Origin: Camelus dromedarius
Lineage: Eukaryota
Assembly (NCBI RefSeq): GCF_036321535.1
Contig: NC_087436.1
Span: 114,330,001 to 114,394,000, forward strand
DNA: 64,000 nt
Direction of reading: 5' to 3'
The translations under genes and the position numbers were made by a program. The notes beneath the pieces were generated by a model that worked only from the letters and a program-made list of their open reading frames with translations, ran no database searches and was not told the origin of the DNA. This document shows positions 1 to 12,435 of this stretch, one piece after another (position 1 is the first letter of the stretch; each line of letters starts with the position of its first letter).

Positions 1-699
1 TGTGGGACACTGAAGATGAGCCAGGGCATGGAATCCACAGGATCCAGGGAACAGGTAAAATGTGCCCAGCTCTGCATGGGAGCTGGGTTCACCACATGCC
101 AGAGTCGATCACATTTCCCAGGATAGGCTGTTTCAAAGCCAGGCTTCACACCATCACCTCTGAATCATTTACACTACCTTCACTAAATCATTTACCTCCA
201 CACAGACGAAATGGGTCCACAGGCTCCACAAACATCGTGGGGTTGGTGCATAATTTACACAGCAATGCTCGACCTCTCCGTGCACGGAGAATGAGGCTTG
301 GACACCTGCCAGAGTCAAGCAGGGCATCAGCTGGAATGGAAAGGAGCAGCAGCTCCAAGGAAGATTATGTCCGAGAAGCAACTACTGAATCTTAGAGTCC
401 CAAGGCAAAGGCAAGGCAGGGAAATATGAGAGTCAGGCCACCTCTGTGAGGAGCTGGAGCCAGGAAGGGGGAGCACGTAGTTAGCATGTGTTTTAGAAGT
501 CTAAGGAAAATATTCTTGATTCCACACTTTTCCTGATAGCTAAGAACTTGAGACCCAATCAATCAGTTCTGTCCTTTGCAAATCATCACTGCCTCTGGCA
601 AGAAGCATATTTAGCAAATATCCAAGTGTTTTGAGATGATGGGATATAACAATGTGGGTTTGGGAAAAGAATAATACGAAGTACAATTTTCTATGCCTA

Positions 700-969
700 G
701 AATTCTTTCTTCTCTGCCCCTTATGCACTTGAAAAATTCTTGCTCCTTTTTCAAGAATCATCTCAAGGGTCACCTCCTCCAAGAAAACTTCCTTCACTCA
801 TTTGAGCCGACCAAGTTTCCCTTCTCATAAAGAACTACATTTTGTAAATGTTGGTCTCCTACACTGGACTGAGAGATTCGTGGTGATAGAGACTCTGTTT
901 CTGTCTGTAATTACAATATACACTTCAGTCCTAGTATGTAGATAAAGATTTGTAGAGCAAATGAATGAA
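700..969 (+). mobile_element. LINE-2 (L2) 3' end fragment
   Basis: 'tcaagaatcatctcaagggtcacctcctccaagaaaacttcc' followed by a degenerate L2 tail ending 'aaatgaatgaa'. Confidence 0.7.
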
Positions 970-1224
970 ACAGGATAAACACCATGACTTACAAGACATT
1001 CTCCCAGTCATTTCATGGAGAGAATTTTGCTGCTTTAAGGATCAACATTAATATCAGAAGAGCCTGTCAAAATGAGTTTACTCGGCATCTTCAGGAATCG
1101 TTCTGCACCTTGATCTACATGAACCAGTACTTGCCGTCTCTGATCCTGTGTCAGCTCCAGCCCTTTGAGTTTGGCATCTAGTTGATACTGTAATGACCTG
1201 ACTCTTAATTGGATGATTGGATTC

Positions 1225-1475
1225 TTGAATCAAGACATGTATTGTCAGTGTGAGTTTCCCGCCCTGTCACTTGAAAGCTGTGTGACCTCAGCTTGGTAAG
1301 TTAACCTCTCTGAGCTTCAACTTTCTTATTTGTAAAACAGGCTCATTACTAGTACAGGGATATTAATAGCACCTACCTCTCTGTGATGTGAGTGTTAAAT
1401 GAGATAGTGCATGTAAGGATCTAAGCACTGTCTCTAGCACTTAGTAATCTTTGAATAAACATTGGCTGTTACTAC
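1225..1475 (+). mobile_element. MIR SINE, near full length
   Basis: MIR core 'agctgtgtgacctc...aagttaacctctctgagcttcaactttcttatttgtaaaa' and 3' part 'ttaaatgagatagtgcatgtaagg...tagcacttagtaa'. Confidence 0.85.
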
Positions 1476-3361
1476 ATTTTTACTTTACTCCAAGATACAT
1501 GGTTTATACTGTCTCCGTACCTGCCTTCTATTTTCTTTACCAGTGCCACACATCTGCGGCTTGGCTCTGGGACTTGCTTTCTGAATACACAATACTCAGC
1601 AGGGAGTCCCAGAATGCGTTTGAAAACCACAGGCCGCATCGCTGTAGTGCTAGCCTGCTTCCTAACTCTGGATGCTTCTAAAGATCAGGATTAAAGAACT
1701 GAATGACCTCAAAGCAGTTTCAGGTTATCAGTCTGTGCTACTTTGGATGCAACTGCCCACAAAGACTGGACCATGTAAAGACCTAACATATTTGGGTTAT
1801 TTGATCTTAAAGCTACAATAACGGTTAGAATTTAAATAGCATTAACTATATACTTGGTACTTGCCTAAGTTTTTTACATTTTGCTTAGGAGAAATTGAGG
1901 CAGAGAAAGGTATCCTGTGTATAAAGGCTGGGCTGGTCATGCTGTGTCCAGGAGAGCTTGCTCGTTGGGGCTAGATAGTAACTTCACATCATCATTGTTA
2001 AAGTCCCCGATCTTCCCCGGTTTTAGACATCAAGGAAGAGACGGACAGATAACCAAGCCTTGTAGGGTAAGGTGTAGATGGGCAAGGAAAAGGAATGTTC
2101 ACCTCCATCTGAGCTCACTCTCTTTAGTTAAGATTTTGATGTATCTAACCATATTTAAGGAAGGCAGGAGAAATTGGCACTTGCCTCAAAAACTGTATGG
2201 ATGGAGGCAAAGCTGGGAGACAGCCTGTGAGGAGCCCAAGACTGCTGTTAGGTAGCATGTGTCTTATAAACCAAAATATCAAGTGGTACCCTACTCTTTG
2301 CGGTGAGTTCTCTTCTGTGATCTCAGAGCCCTGCTAACCATCCTTGCCTGCCTCCCTTGTACTGTGGAAAATGAAAGACTGGATTTAGGTCCACTTTGGA
2401 TACGTGCTCTGCAGTCTCTGAGAACAGCTTTGTTGGCAGCCAGGGGCAGTAGCAAGAGTCCTGAGGAGTGGGTGTGTCTCTGGGCTGAGAAAAAACCTCT
2501 CCCCTACCACGGGGAGCATCCCCATCCATTACTGTCCAAGGTGGATGAGGATTAAATTTCATTAAAGGCTCTTCATTAAAGGCGCTTTTCTGTACCTGCC
2601 CAAAGGTGAGTGAGGCCCACAGGAGAGTGAAAATGGGGGCTTCTTTCAGCCAAACCTGGAGGCTGCTCAGCAGTTGGGGTCCCAAGGGACGAAAGGAAAA
2701 TAAATCAAACTCCCTCATCTGGAAAATAAACACCAAACGGCACGTGATCGTACGCACTGCATGAGTGGGTAAGGGAGGTTTAACTCTCTAATCATTGCCT
2801 CCAGTTTCCCCACGGAGATAAACAGCAATTTGGTGGAGAGAGATAATCAGGGCATAAATGATGTGTCTCCTTGGCTTCTCTTACCTAATAACAAAATTAA
2901 AAATTTTCCCTTTAAGTCCTCAGTTCTGATTTTTAAAAAATTTTGAGACAATATTTTTATCTTATGCTTGATTCAAAACAAATCCATAGAAATTTACTTA
3001 TTAAACTGCAAAGACACTGAGTTCAATGCTGAGGCTTCAGTATGATGGGAGGTCAGGATGATGATCTCCACTAAGAAAGCACCACTTCTGACTCCCCGGG
3101 ACGTGTCTCACACACTTGCGTGAAATTTTAGATCTCAGTGCTGCTTTCAGAAGAAGCCTTCAGTTACAAAACTCACCACCAAGAATCTATGATTTCACTA
3201 ATATTCACCTATGTTCTATTTGGAAGATTGTGTCTATTAAATAAGCTATATTTATTATGTAATAATTAGTTTGTTTCCCTGTTTTGTATTTAAAATGTCC
3301 AATAAGAGTTTCTTTCGAGAGATCGACTTGAAATTGATCCATAGGATCCCAGTCAAAATGT

Positions 3362-3975
3362 ATGCATTCATTCAACACGATCACGTATGGAGTGAGCGCC
3401 TGCTTTGTGCCAGGTATTGTTTGGGGTACTTGGAATAAGATAGTGAACAAAATGTTTAAGAAAAAATTTCCAGGTCCTCGAGGAGCAAAAGTTCTAGTGG
3501 GAAAGTAAAATCAAAATAAATTTACAAGAAAATAATAAGTAAATTACATTGTGTACTGTAAGGTCGTTAAGTGCTATTAGAAAAAGGAAAGCAAGGTAAG
3601 AGAGAAATCCGTGGAGATATATTGGGGTGGCACCATGAATGTGGGTGGGGGCAGTTAGGCTGTAATTTAAAAAAGGCTGGTCAGCCCAGAATTCATGGAG
3701 AAAGTGCAAGTTAAAGGAGGAAAGACTGGGCCGTATGTATAGTAGAGAGGTGAGTATTCTAAGCAAAGCCAGGAACACCAAAACATGCCTAGTGTCGAGG
3801 GCACAGCCAGGCCCAGTGCAGCTGGACAGACTCCAAGGAGAGAGTGATAGGTGACCCAGAGAGATGGCTGAGGAAGTGATGGCAGAGGGCTGTGCTCAAC
3901 ATTGGAAAGACACTACCTTCACTCCAAGGAATGGAAAGCCTTAGAGGATTTTAAACCAAAGAATAACATGACAAG
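3362..3975 (-). mobile_element. L2 3' fragment
   Basis: Begins with the reverse-complement L2 tail 'cattcattcaaca...tgagcgcctgctttgtgccaggtattgt', followed by purine-rich L2 antisense sequence. Confidence 0.75.
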
Positions 3976-4700
3976 AAAAGTATCATTTTCCCTAGCCTGT
4001 GTTCTTCTATTTAGTCTACCTATAAGGTATCCAGCAGGCTACCTGGAATATGGAAAATGCATGCTGCAGCTTCCAGGGTCACCTCTGGGCTACAGGAAAG
4101 GTCCCAGAACCCACACATGATGGGCTGTGGATTGGCTTGTTTGCATATGAAAGGCGCACTCACAGGCCACTTATCTCCAGGAGTTAGAGATTTAAGAGAA
4201 TTAAGACTAGGAGGGGCAGTCCCTCGAGGGTCAGGATGTCAAAACATCAAAAATACAGAAAAAAAATATACATACAATTACACTTATCAATTACTTCTCA
4301 GTAAAGCTGGAAAAAAATACAGAGTAAAAAGACATGATTAACACAACCCCACACTCTCTCTAAGCATCCCGGAAGAGCTGGTCTCAGATCCGTGGACACC
4401 CTGAGGGAGGAAGCTAATTGTCTGGCACTCCTGCGTACTGGGGAGCCCGTCACTCTCAATCCCCAGCTCACCTCCATCAGCCGTCAAGGGGGATGTCTCA
4501 CGACTGAGCCAGCTCTCTGAACCAGTTCTCTGAACCAAGTGCTCCCCTGTGCTTTGCCAGTGGGATCTGAGAGCAAGAAAGAGAAATCCTCGCCCCTAAG
4601 GAATGTCTCTTTGCTGTTCAGTCGACATCTCTAGAGGACCATGAGCCAGGCACTGAGCAAGGCTCGGGGGATAAGCACAGTGAAATGGACAGAGCATTTC

Positions 4701-5163
4701 TGTGTGTTTCCTGGCGCTGCCATAACAAAGTGTCACAAGGCCTTTAAACAACAGAAATGTATTCCCTCAGATCTGGAGGCTAGACGTCAGAAATCAAGGC
4801 CTTGGCAGGGACACGCTTCCTCTGAAGTCTCTGGGGAAGAAACCTTCTTGCTTCTTCCACCTTCTGGTGTTGCTGGTAAACCTCGGTGTTCCTGGGCTTA
4901 TGGCTGCCTCACACCAATCTCTGCCCCCACCTTCATGTCCGTCTTTCCCCTGTGGCTGTGTCTCTGTCTTCACATTGTATTCTCCTCTCTGCATGTCAGC
5001 ACCCAAATTTCTCTCTTCTTAAAAGGACACCAGTCGTTGGGTTATACACAGCCACGCTACTTCAGTGTGACCTCATCTTAGCTCAGTTTCATCTCCAAAG
5101 ATCCTAATTCCAAACAAGGTCACATTCACAGGTATTGGGGGGGGCATAATTTGACCCACAACA
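4701..5163 (-). mobile_element. MaLR solo LTR (MLT1C-like)
   Basis: 'ctgccataacaaag...aaacaacagaaatgtatt...ctggaggctaga...aaggacaccagtc...gtgacctcatcttag...aaggtcacattcacagg...cccacaaca'. Confidence 0.85.
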
Positions 5164-5504
5164 CCCCCCACCATGTGTTCTCCAACCAGCCAGAATAGAA
5201 AGATGCATCCAGAAAGGGTGTGTGATGTTTGGGGTGGGGTAAGTATTTTGTAAAGATTCCAACACCTGTATCTTGATAAAATGCAAAATTCTTTATTCAT
5301 TCTACCTACCCCCTTACTTCCCTCTCAACACCCTCTCTTATGTCAGATGTCCTTCTTGTGGCCAGATGGCACCTCTGTGTCCTCAGAGAAGTCAACCAGG
5401 GGCACTGCAGAATCCAAGACGAGGAAAAACTGATCACATCTCACCTCTTGCCAGTACCGTCCTGGAGGAAAATATCAGCACATTTTGTGTTTTAAGAAAG
5501 TATC

Positions 5505-5851
5505 TGTCTTTGTCTGTCAGGCTGCTATAACAACATACCACACATCGGATGATTTATAAGCAACAGAAATTTATTTCTCTCTGGAGGCTGAGAAGTCCAG
5601 CATCACCATTGTCTACTGAAAGCCGTCATCCAGGCTGCAGACTGCCATCCTCTCGTGGTGTCTGCACATGGTGGAAGGGGCAAGGAAGCTCTGTGGGGTC
5701 TCTTTTGAAAAAGCACTAGCCCCATTCATGACGGCTCCACCCTCCTGTTCTAATCACCTGGCCAAGGCCCCACCCCCTAATCCCATCACACTGGGAATCA
5801 GGATTCCAACATACAAATATGGGAGAGGATGGGACACAGTCAGACCACAGC
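5505..5851 (-). mobile_element. MaLR solo LTR (MLT1A/A0-like)
   Basis: 'ggctgctataacaacatacca...aacagaaatttatttctc...cacatggtggaaggggcaagg...ctaatcacc...ggccccaccccctaatcccatcaca...tcagaccacagc'. Confidence 0.85.
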
Positions 5852-6904
5852 GTCATCCCAAATGGCTGCAACCTAGGGGAACAGAGGTCTATTTGCAAAG
5901 CAACTGGAAACACCAACTGTTAAACCACGCTGCAGTGAGTGCGGCAGAGGGCATGTTGCGTGGTGGCCATTTTCCATTTCCGGTACCACCTGCTCACAAA
6001 GGCAGGCAGTATTTCCTGGCCCCCATTACAAATTAGGAAGGTCTAGGACACCAAGTTCAGACAAAAAAATGTGGGCAGATGTGATACATGCTTCATTCAT
6101 GCCTGGCCCCATCTTCTGTGTCCATTCACCTATGATCAGTGCAGAGAATGCAGCAGAGGACACAAAGGCTCTGGGAAATGGTGGGCCCACTCTAAGAAAG
6201 AGGCTGAGCCCTCAGTAAATGCTGGGGCACAGGGACCCCGCACGCATAGACAGAGAGGTCTCCATGTGGCTGTGACAGCAGTGAGACAGGAACTGCTGAG
6301 GGCTGCACCACTGAGAGTGGGGCGGGGGCTGCTTGGTTCACAGATGAACACCCTCACCAAGCACGCAGTTCAGAGAAAAGTCAGTGGTGTCGGCTGAAGT
6401 CAAAGGATGAAGTTAACTGGAGCTGACAACGCCAGTTTTGTAGAGTTTGGATTTACATAACCACATAGGAGAAGGCAAGGAGCCTGTACTCAAGGGGCAG
6501 TGCCAGCAAAGGCGGGGAGACGAAAGTTTAAAGCACATGGGAGGGGGAAAGAGGGAAATGGTTCAATGGGGAGGTGGTGAAGGTGGCGTGGGTGGGAGAG
6601 AACGGGGATGAGTGTCCTTAGCCAACCAAGGTCCAGGTGGAATCTTAGGGGACTGGGAAAGAGGGCAGATAAGCTGGGGCTGATGCAGCAAAGGGAACTG
6701 TTAAAGTAACTGAGTAGTTCAACGGCTTGATAAAAGCAGTGTGCCCAGAAGACGGCAGGGCAGGCCACGTACCAGATAGATTTGAGGCAGATGGAGGCAA
6801 GGAACCCGGCTAAGAGGCGACTGAAGACGTACAGGGAAGGGATGGTGTGGGCTTCACCAGAGGCAGGGGCCCAGGGGTGAAGAGGAACGCATCCAAGAGG
6901 TGAC

Positions 6905-7135
6905 AGTAATAATAGCTTTGTTTTGGAGACACCTACTTTGTGCCAGGTGATTTTTTCATCATATAATTCCTACAATTCAATCCTCAAAATTGTATGCGGC
7001 ATGGATACGGCTCTACATGACAGACAAGGAAACTGAGTCACCAAAAAATTCCAAGGTTATAAAGTTAGTAAATGCCTGAGCTGGGGCTTAAACTCCAGTG
7101 TTTGACCCCAGAGCCCTCGCCCTTAGCCACCACGT
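6905..7135 (-). mobile_element. MIR SINE
   Basis: Antisense MIR 'cacctactttgtgccagg...acagacaaggaaactgagtc...ccaaggtta...gagctggggcttaaactccag'. Confidence 0.75.
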
Positions 7136-7589
7136 GGAGATAACAGTATTTGGAAAGGAAGAAATTCAGGTGTCTTGACAGGTTGATCTTGCTTAAACCC
7201 TTCACAGCCCACCACCCACCTACACCCTCTTTCCCACTCCCTGAGAACAGTGTGAGCTTGAATGACAAACCCTGGATCATTTTTATTATCTTCGAAGCAT
7301 CTGCCCATGATAACATAATACATCTTTTTCAGTAAAAGGTGAAAAGGTAGTAAAAATGTAAATTTTTCCCTTGCCGGGCTGCTCAAGGCCATAAACACAG
7401 GTTCACCATTAACTCCAAGTAGTGCTTGGACAGGAGCGAGGACGCCAGGGACAAAGCTGCCCAAGGGAACAAGCTGCTTGTGAACTAGATGGAAAAGGGC
7501 GTCCCCGCCCCTCTGGCCAGAAAGGGAGCAAATGAACTAGAAACTTTGCAACATTATCCCTACAGTTGTGTTTTTCAGCCCTAGAAGTT

Positions 7590-8010
7590 CCGCTAAATTA
7601 TCTGAAGAGATTCTAAGGAAAATACCCACACCCTGGGCTCACAGCAGATTAGCTTCATCAGAACTTCAAACTTTGCTCTCCCCAGGTCCCACGGGGATGA
7701 GGCTGGTGGACCCACGTGGAGGCTGTGTACACTGTGGCCCTGCATGACATTTAAGGAACCTGAGATTAAGAAACCCTCAGATCTTATAATGAGGCCGCTG
7801 TCAAACCTGCCCAAAATTTGCCTCAAAGGGAGACATTACCTTTTTATAAAATAAGAACCAGGGAACAACTCTGTCCTCCTCACTGGAGGAAGATGATAGG
7901 TCTTCCAAGACTATTTGCTGTACAGATACACTTGAAAACTTGGTCCAAAACAAGAGCTGTTAGCAAACGGTACCAAAATATGAGAGATGCGTGGAGAATT
8001 GTCTCTCATC
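7590..8010 (-). mobile_element. ERVL-class solo LTR (LTR40-like)
   Basis: 'caaacctgcccaaaatttgcctcaaagggagacattac...tcttccaagactatttgctgtacagatacacttgaaaa...ggagaattgtctc' matches the reverse complement of the remembered LTR40 5' end (TGTTGGGAGACAATTCTCC). Left boundary uncertain. Confidence 0.65.
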
Positions 8011-8398
8011 TTGCAGATCAGGGAATTGGGGCACAGATGAGTTGAGTAACTTGCCTGAAGTCACACAGCTAGGAAATGGAGGAGCAGGGATGTGTGAACA
8101 TCTGCCTTCCCCCAGTGGAATGAAGCACCATAAGCCAGAGACTTTTTTAAATGGCCAGAAACTCAGAGCTTAGAAAAGTGTTTGACACTTAAATTGACAC
8201 CCCCCAAAACAAATGTAACATAAGTAGACACGTATTTGTAGGCGCTCACATACAACAGAGAATGGAGCAGGAATGAATCTTGCTTATGTAAAGCTTAAGG
8301 TTCAGATAGAAAGTCAGGCACAAGACATGTATTTAAATACATTACTATATGATTACAACTGTAACAAGTGCAGCACAGGAGAGCATCTAAGGGCATGT

Positions 8399-8748
8399 GT
8401 GCGATAGACTGAGTATTTATTGCCCCCTTAAAATTCATATGTTGAAACCTAACCCCCAAGGCGACAGTATTAGGAGATGGGGCTTTGGGAGATGATTAAG
8501 TCACAAAGGAGGAGCCCTCATGAATTGTATTAGTGCCCTTATAAAAGAGACTTCAGAGAGCTCCCTCGCCCTTTCCGCCACCTGCGGCTGCTGTGTGAAG
8601 AGGGCTGTCTCTGGGGAACTGGGTCTCACCAGACATGGAACCTTGATCTTGGCTTTCCCAGCTTCCAGAACTGTGAGCAATAAATTTGTTATTTTTAAGC
8701 CACTCAGTCTCTGATATTTTGTTATAGCAACTCAAACAGAGTAAGATA
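8399..8748 (+). mobile_element. MaLR solo LTR (MLT1A0-like)
   Basis: 'aaaattcatatgttgaaacctaacccccaa...ggagccctcatgaa...agtgcccttataaaagaga...ccagcttccagaactgtgagcaataaattt...gttatagcaactcaaacagagtaagata'. Confidence 0.9.
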
Positions 8749-8772
8749 ATGCATATGTTTACATGCTTGTGA

Positions 8773-8790
8773 GTGTGTGTGTGTGTGTGT
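8773..8790. repeat. (GT)n microsatellite
   Basis: About 9 GT units read directly. Confidence 0.9.
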
Positions 8791-9394
8791 CTACATGTAC
8801 AAATTCTCCAGGTCCCTCAGTGCAGGGAAGAGATATAGTCAGCTGTATAATTTGACCAACGAAGCAAGAAAGCAAAACAGGCGAATGAAAGATGCTTAGT
8901 GCCATCAAATGTATTTTCTTACTTATTTTTCACCACATTTTGTGACATAAACACACTTATAAGATGAATATTACCTCCGTTCCACATATGGGGAAACTGA
9001 GGTTTAGAGAAAAGCCATACCTATCCTTTGCTTTCACCACCAGCCTGACACGTGGGTATCCTGTGATGATAGGATTTCCGGTACAGGAGTAAAACTCTCC
9101 TGGACACCTCTGACTGGATCATTTATGCCTTCACTATGCCTGAAGTTTCTCAAAGAAAGAAAGGTTCTTTTATTTTCACTGAGGAATGAGGTTGAAACTT
9201 CAAGCGGCATTTTTACAATACCCTTCCTTAAACTTATTCATAAGAACAGACAAATGACAGGGTTTTTTGCATGATAAGAGCAGTGAAGCATTTGAAGACC
9301 AAAAGATGACTTTAGCATAACAAAGATGAATTTGGTCCACTCATGGTTATACCCAAATACAAAAGTGATTTACATTGTATGAAAATTAAGAAGC

Positions 9395-9505
9395 TCTGTG
9401 ATCTCATGAAGTCATTTCACTTCTCTGAGCCTCTGTTTCTTCGTCTTCCAAAGCAACAAGTTAAATTAGACCATCTCTGAGCTCCCTCCCAGCACTACTA
9501 TTTTA
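9395..9505 (+). mobile_element. MIR/MIR3 fragment
   Basis: 'aagtcatttcacttctctgagcctctgtttcttcgtct...ttagaccatctctgagctccctcccagcact'. Confidence 0.65.
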
Positions 9506-9844
9506 TCACAAATGAAAAGAAGCCCTTGAAAACCTTATTTGTCAACATTTGTTAAATGTTCTCCTTTCTCCCAAAATTCCCTTGGAACCCACACATAAAA
9601 ATACTTTCCACAAAAGTTCTAAACAAAAAAAAAAAAGGACTTCTGTCTTTCTGGCATCGCTGCTCTGAACTCTGTAGCTCTTTGGCCTTTGCAACACAGG
9701 GAAATGTTAAACTCCAGCTTCCAAGGCAGAAATGATTGGCAGTGAATGAGACAATCACTGCTGAGTGAGATGAGATCAGACGGAGACAGGCAAAGGTCAG
9801 AACATGTAGACTCTTGCAGATTGTCATAAATCTGTGGGGTATTA

Positions 9845-10611
9845 TAGTAAGCACCATTGGAAGCCCAACTGAAGGATTTTAATTGGGGAATGGCATAAAA
9901 ACTTTGCTTTTCTGGAAAATCTCCACTCATTGCTGTGTGAGGAATAGAATCAAGGGCAACAGAAGATGTGGGAAAACCATCTTGGAAATCAGCACCCTAG
10001 TGCGGGTGAGAAATGATGGTGATTTGAACTAGTGACACCAGTGGATCTTAACAGAAGTGGGCCAACACAACAGTGTTTCGGGAGATGAATTAACAGGACG
10101 AGGCATTAAATTTAATGTGAGCAGTGAAGAAGAGGAGGTATCAATTAACTCCTGAGTTTCAGACATGAGGTCATTTATTGAGCTGGAAAAGCTTGAGAGA
10201 GAAGCATATCGAGAGGAAAACCACAGCTTCCTTTTTGAACGTGTTCAGATTAAGGTGTCTGGGAGACATTCAAGTAGAACTGTGGGGACAGTATTGAAAT
10301 GTGAGCCTGGACAAGAGAGAGACTAGAAGAGGGGTGAATTGGGGAGCATTTGTTATATAGAAGATTTCTGGTGCCTGGAGGGGAGTGTGGACAGAGAAGA
10401 GAAAAGTCCCAGGGCTGTTACCAAAGATATTGCAACATACAGAGATTGGGAGGAAGAAAATCAGCCTTCGAAAAAGAGCTTCTAGAGAGCTAGCAAGAAT
10501 AGCTGGAGAGTTTGGGGGTCACAGACTCCCCAGCAAAAGAGCATTTCAAGAAAGAGAAGGTAACCAAGAGTGTGGAATACAAAAAAGTCACATTAGATGA
10601 GACTAAAAACT
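9845..10611 (-). mobile_element. L2 fragment (left part, interrupted by a young L1)
   Basis: L2 antisense motifs 'ggaagcccaactgaaggatttt', 'gtgagaaatgatggtgatttgaactag', 'gagacattcaagtagaa', 'tttcaagaaagagaagg'. Confidence 0.7.
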
Positions 10612-10622
10612 TCACTAATTAC

Positions 10623-11575
10623 ACAACCCAATTCAAAAATGGACAGAATTAAACAAGCAATTCTCCAAGGAATAAGTACAAATGATCAATAGGTCCATGA
10701 AAAAAATGCCCAGTATCACTAATTACCAGAGAAATGCAAATCAAAACTACAATGAGGTATCACCTCACACCAGTCAGAATGGCCATCATTCAAAAGTCCA
10801 CAAATAACAAATGCTGGAGAGGCTGTGGAGAGAAGGGAACCCTCCTACACTGCTGGTGGGAATGCAGCTCGGTGCAGCCACTGTGGAAAACAGTATGGAG
10901 GTTCCTCAAAAGACTGGGAAATAGACTTACCATATGACCCAGTAATCCCGCTCCTTGGCATATATCCAGAAGGAACACTACTTCAAAAAGATACATGCAC
11001 CCCAATGTTCATAGCAGTGCTATTTACAATAGCCAAGACATGGAAAGAGCCTAAATGTCCATTGACAAATGACTGGATAAAGAAGACAGTATATTTATAC
11101 AATGGAATACTATTCAGCCATAAAAAATGACAACATAACACCATTTGCAGCAACATGGCTGTCCCTGGAGAAGGTCATTCTAAGTGAAGTAAGCCAGAAA
11201 GAGAAAAAAAATTACCATATGAGATCATTCATATGTGGAATCTAAAAAAAAAAAATGAACATAAATACAAAACAGAAACAGACTCATAGACATAGAATAC
11301 AAACTTGTGGTTGCCAAGGGGGAGAGGGGTGGGAAGGGACAGACTGGGATTTCAAAATTTGTAGATACTGACAGGCATATGTAGAATAGATAAACAAGAT
11401 TATACTGTATAGCACAGGGAAATATGTACAATATCTTGTGGTAGCTCACAGCAAAAAAGAATGTGACAATGAACATATGTATGTTCAAGTATAACTGAAA
11501 AATTGTGCTCTGCACTGGAAATTGACACAACATTGTAAAATAACTATAACTCAATTTCAAAATGTAAAAACAAAA
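10623..11575 (+). mobile_element. Young L1, 5'-truncated (ORF2 C-terminus plus 3'UTR), copy A
   Basis: ORFs 10734-10937 and 10825-11130 give frameshifted ORF2p ([26 protein letters not shown]). Artiodactyl-type 3'UTR 'aacagaaacagactcatagacatagaatacaaacttgtgg'. Confidence 0.95.
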
Positions 11576-11577
11576 CT

Positions 11578-11760
11578 GTTCATTGGATTCTGACTTACGG
11601 AGATCATTTGGCAAACTTGGGAAAGGTAATTTTTTTTTGGCAGGGAGGTGGTAGAGGAGTGGGAAATGGCAAAAGCCATGGTAGAATGGGTTGAGAAGAG
11701 ACCTAGAGGTGAATAATTGAAGGCATCTTGTGGTTATGTACTTTTCAAGATTCCTGAATT
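11578..11760 (-). mobile_element. L2 fragment (right part, continuation after the L1)
   Basis: 'cattggattctgac...ggagatcatttgg...gaatgggttgagaagaga' continues the L2 broken at about 10611. Confidence 0.6.
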
Positions 11761-12039
11761 TGGACTACTGCCCAGAGGCCACTAAAAGTTCAGGGGATAT
11801 TTGAAGGCTCCCAAAAAGTATCTAAAAATGAACAGCCCATTGAAAGCATACAGAAGAGCAGAAACAAACAACAGAGGGAGGAGACCAGTGGAAGGAGATG
11901 AAATCTAGGTGTGAGATCTAGAGCAACATGGAAAGATTTGCCTGCGATCAGAGGAGCAACATGGGACACTTAAGGGCGAGGACAGGAAACATGGAGATAA
12001 GGATTTGTGTGCTGACCATTGGGGAGGAGGGTTAACAAT

Positions 12040-12240
12040 CTCTACGTTTGCATCACCCTTTACATCTTCATCATTGTCCACATTCACCACCTTAAATAAT
12101 CCTACAGTGTGAGGTCTGGAATCCTTATTCCTACTATATGTATGAGGAAACTGAGGTTCAAGTCTGGTTCAAGTGATGGGCTTGAAATCTTACAACATGT
12201 TAATAGCAGAACCAGAATTCAAATCCACATCTTTAACCCT
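12040..12240 (-). mobile_element. MIR fragment
   Basis: 'atgaggaaactgaggttc...atagcagaaccagaattcaaatcca'. Confidence 0.65.
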
Positions 12241-12254
12241 TAAACAGAGCTCCC

Positions 12255-12435
12255 TTCTTCTGTCTTCTCCCTCCTTCTCTCCTCCCTCCCTCCCTTCCTG
12301 CATCTCTGCATCTCTATCATTCAATCTCTGTCTCTCTGACTCTCTCTTTCTCTCTCTGTCTTATTCTCATTCTTGCCTTACTTTTTTTCTGCTCCCTTCC
12401 CTGCTTTTTTTTTTTTTTTCTTTTTCTTTTTCTTT
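12255..12435. repeat. CT-rich low-complexity / poly-T tract
   Basis: Polypyrimidine run with (CT)n, CCCT units and a T-run, read directly. Confidence 0.85.

Noticed and set aside
3057..3092. Box C/D snoRNA (GATGATGA...CTGA)
   Set aside because: The boxes are only about 30 nt apart and there is no convincing terminal stem.
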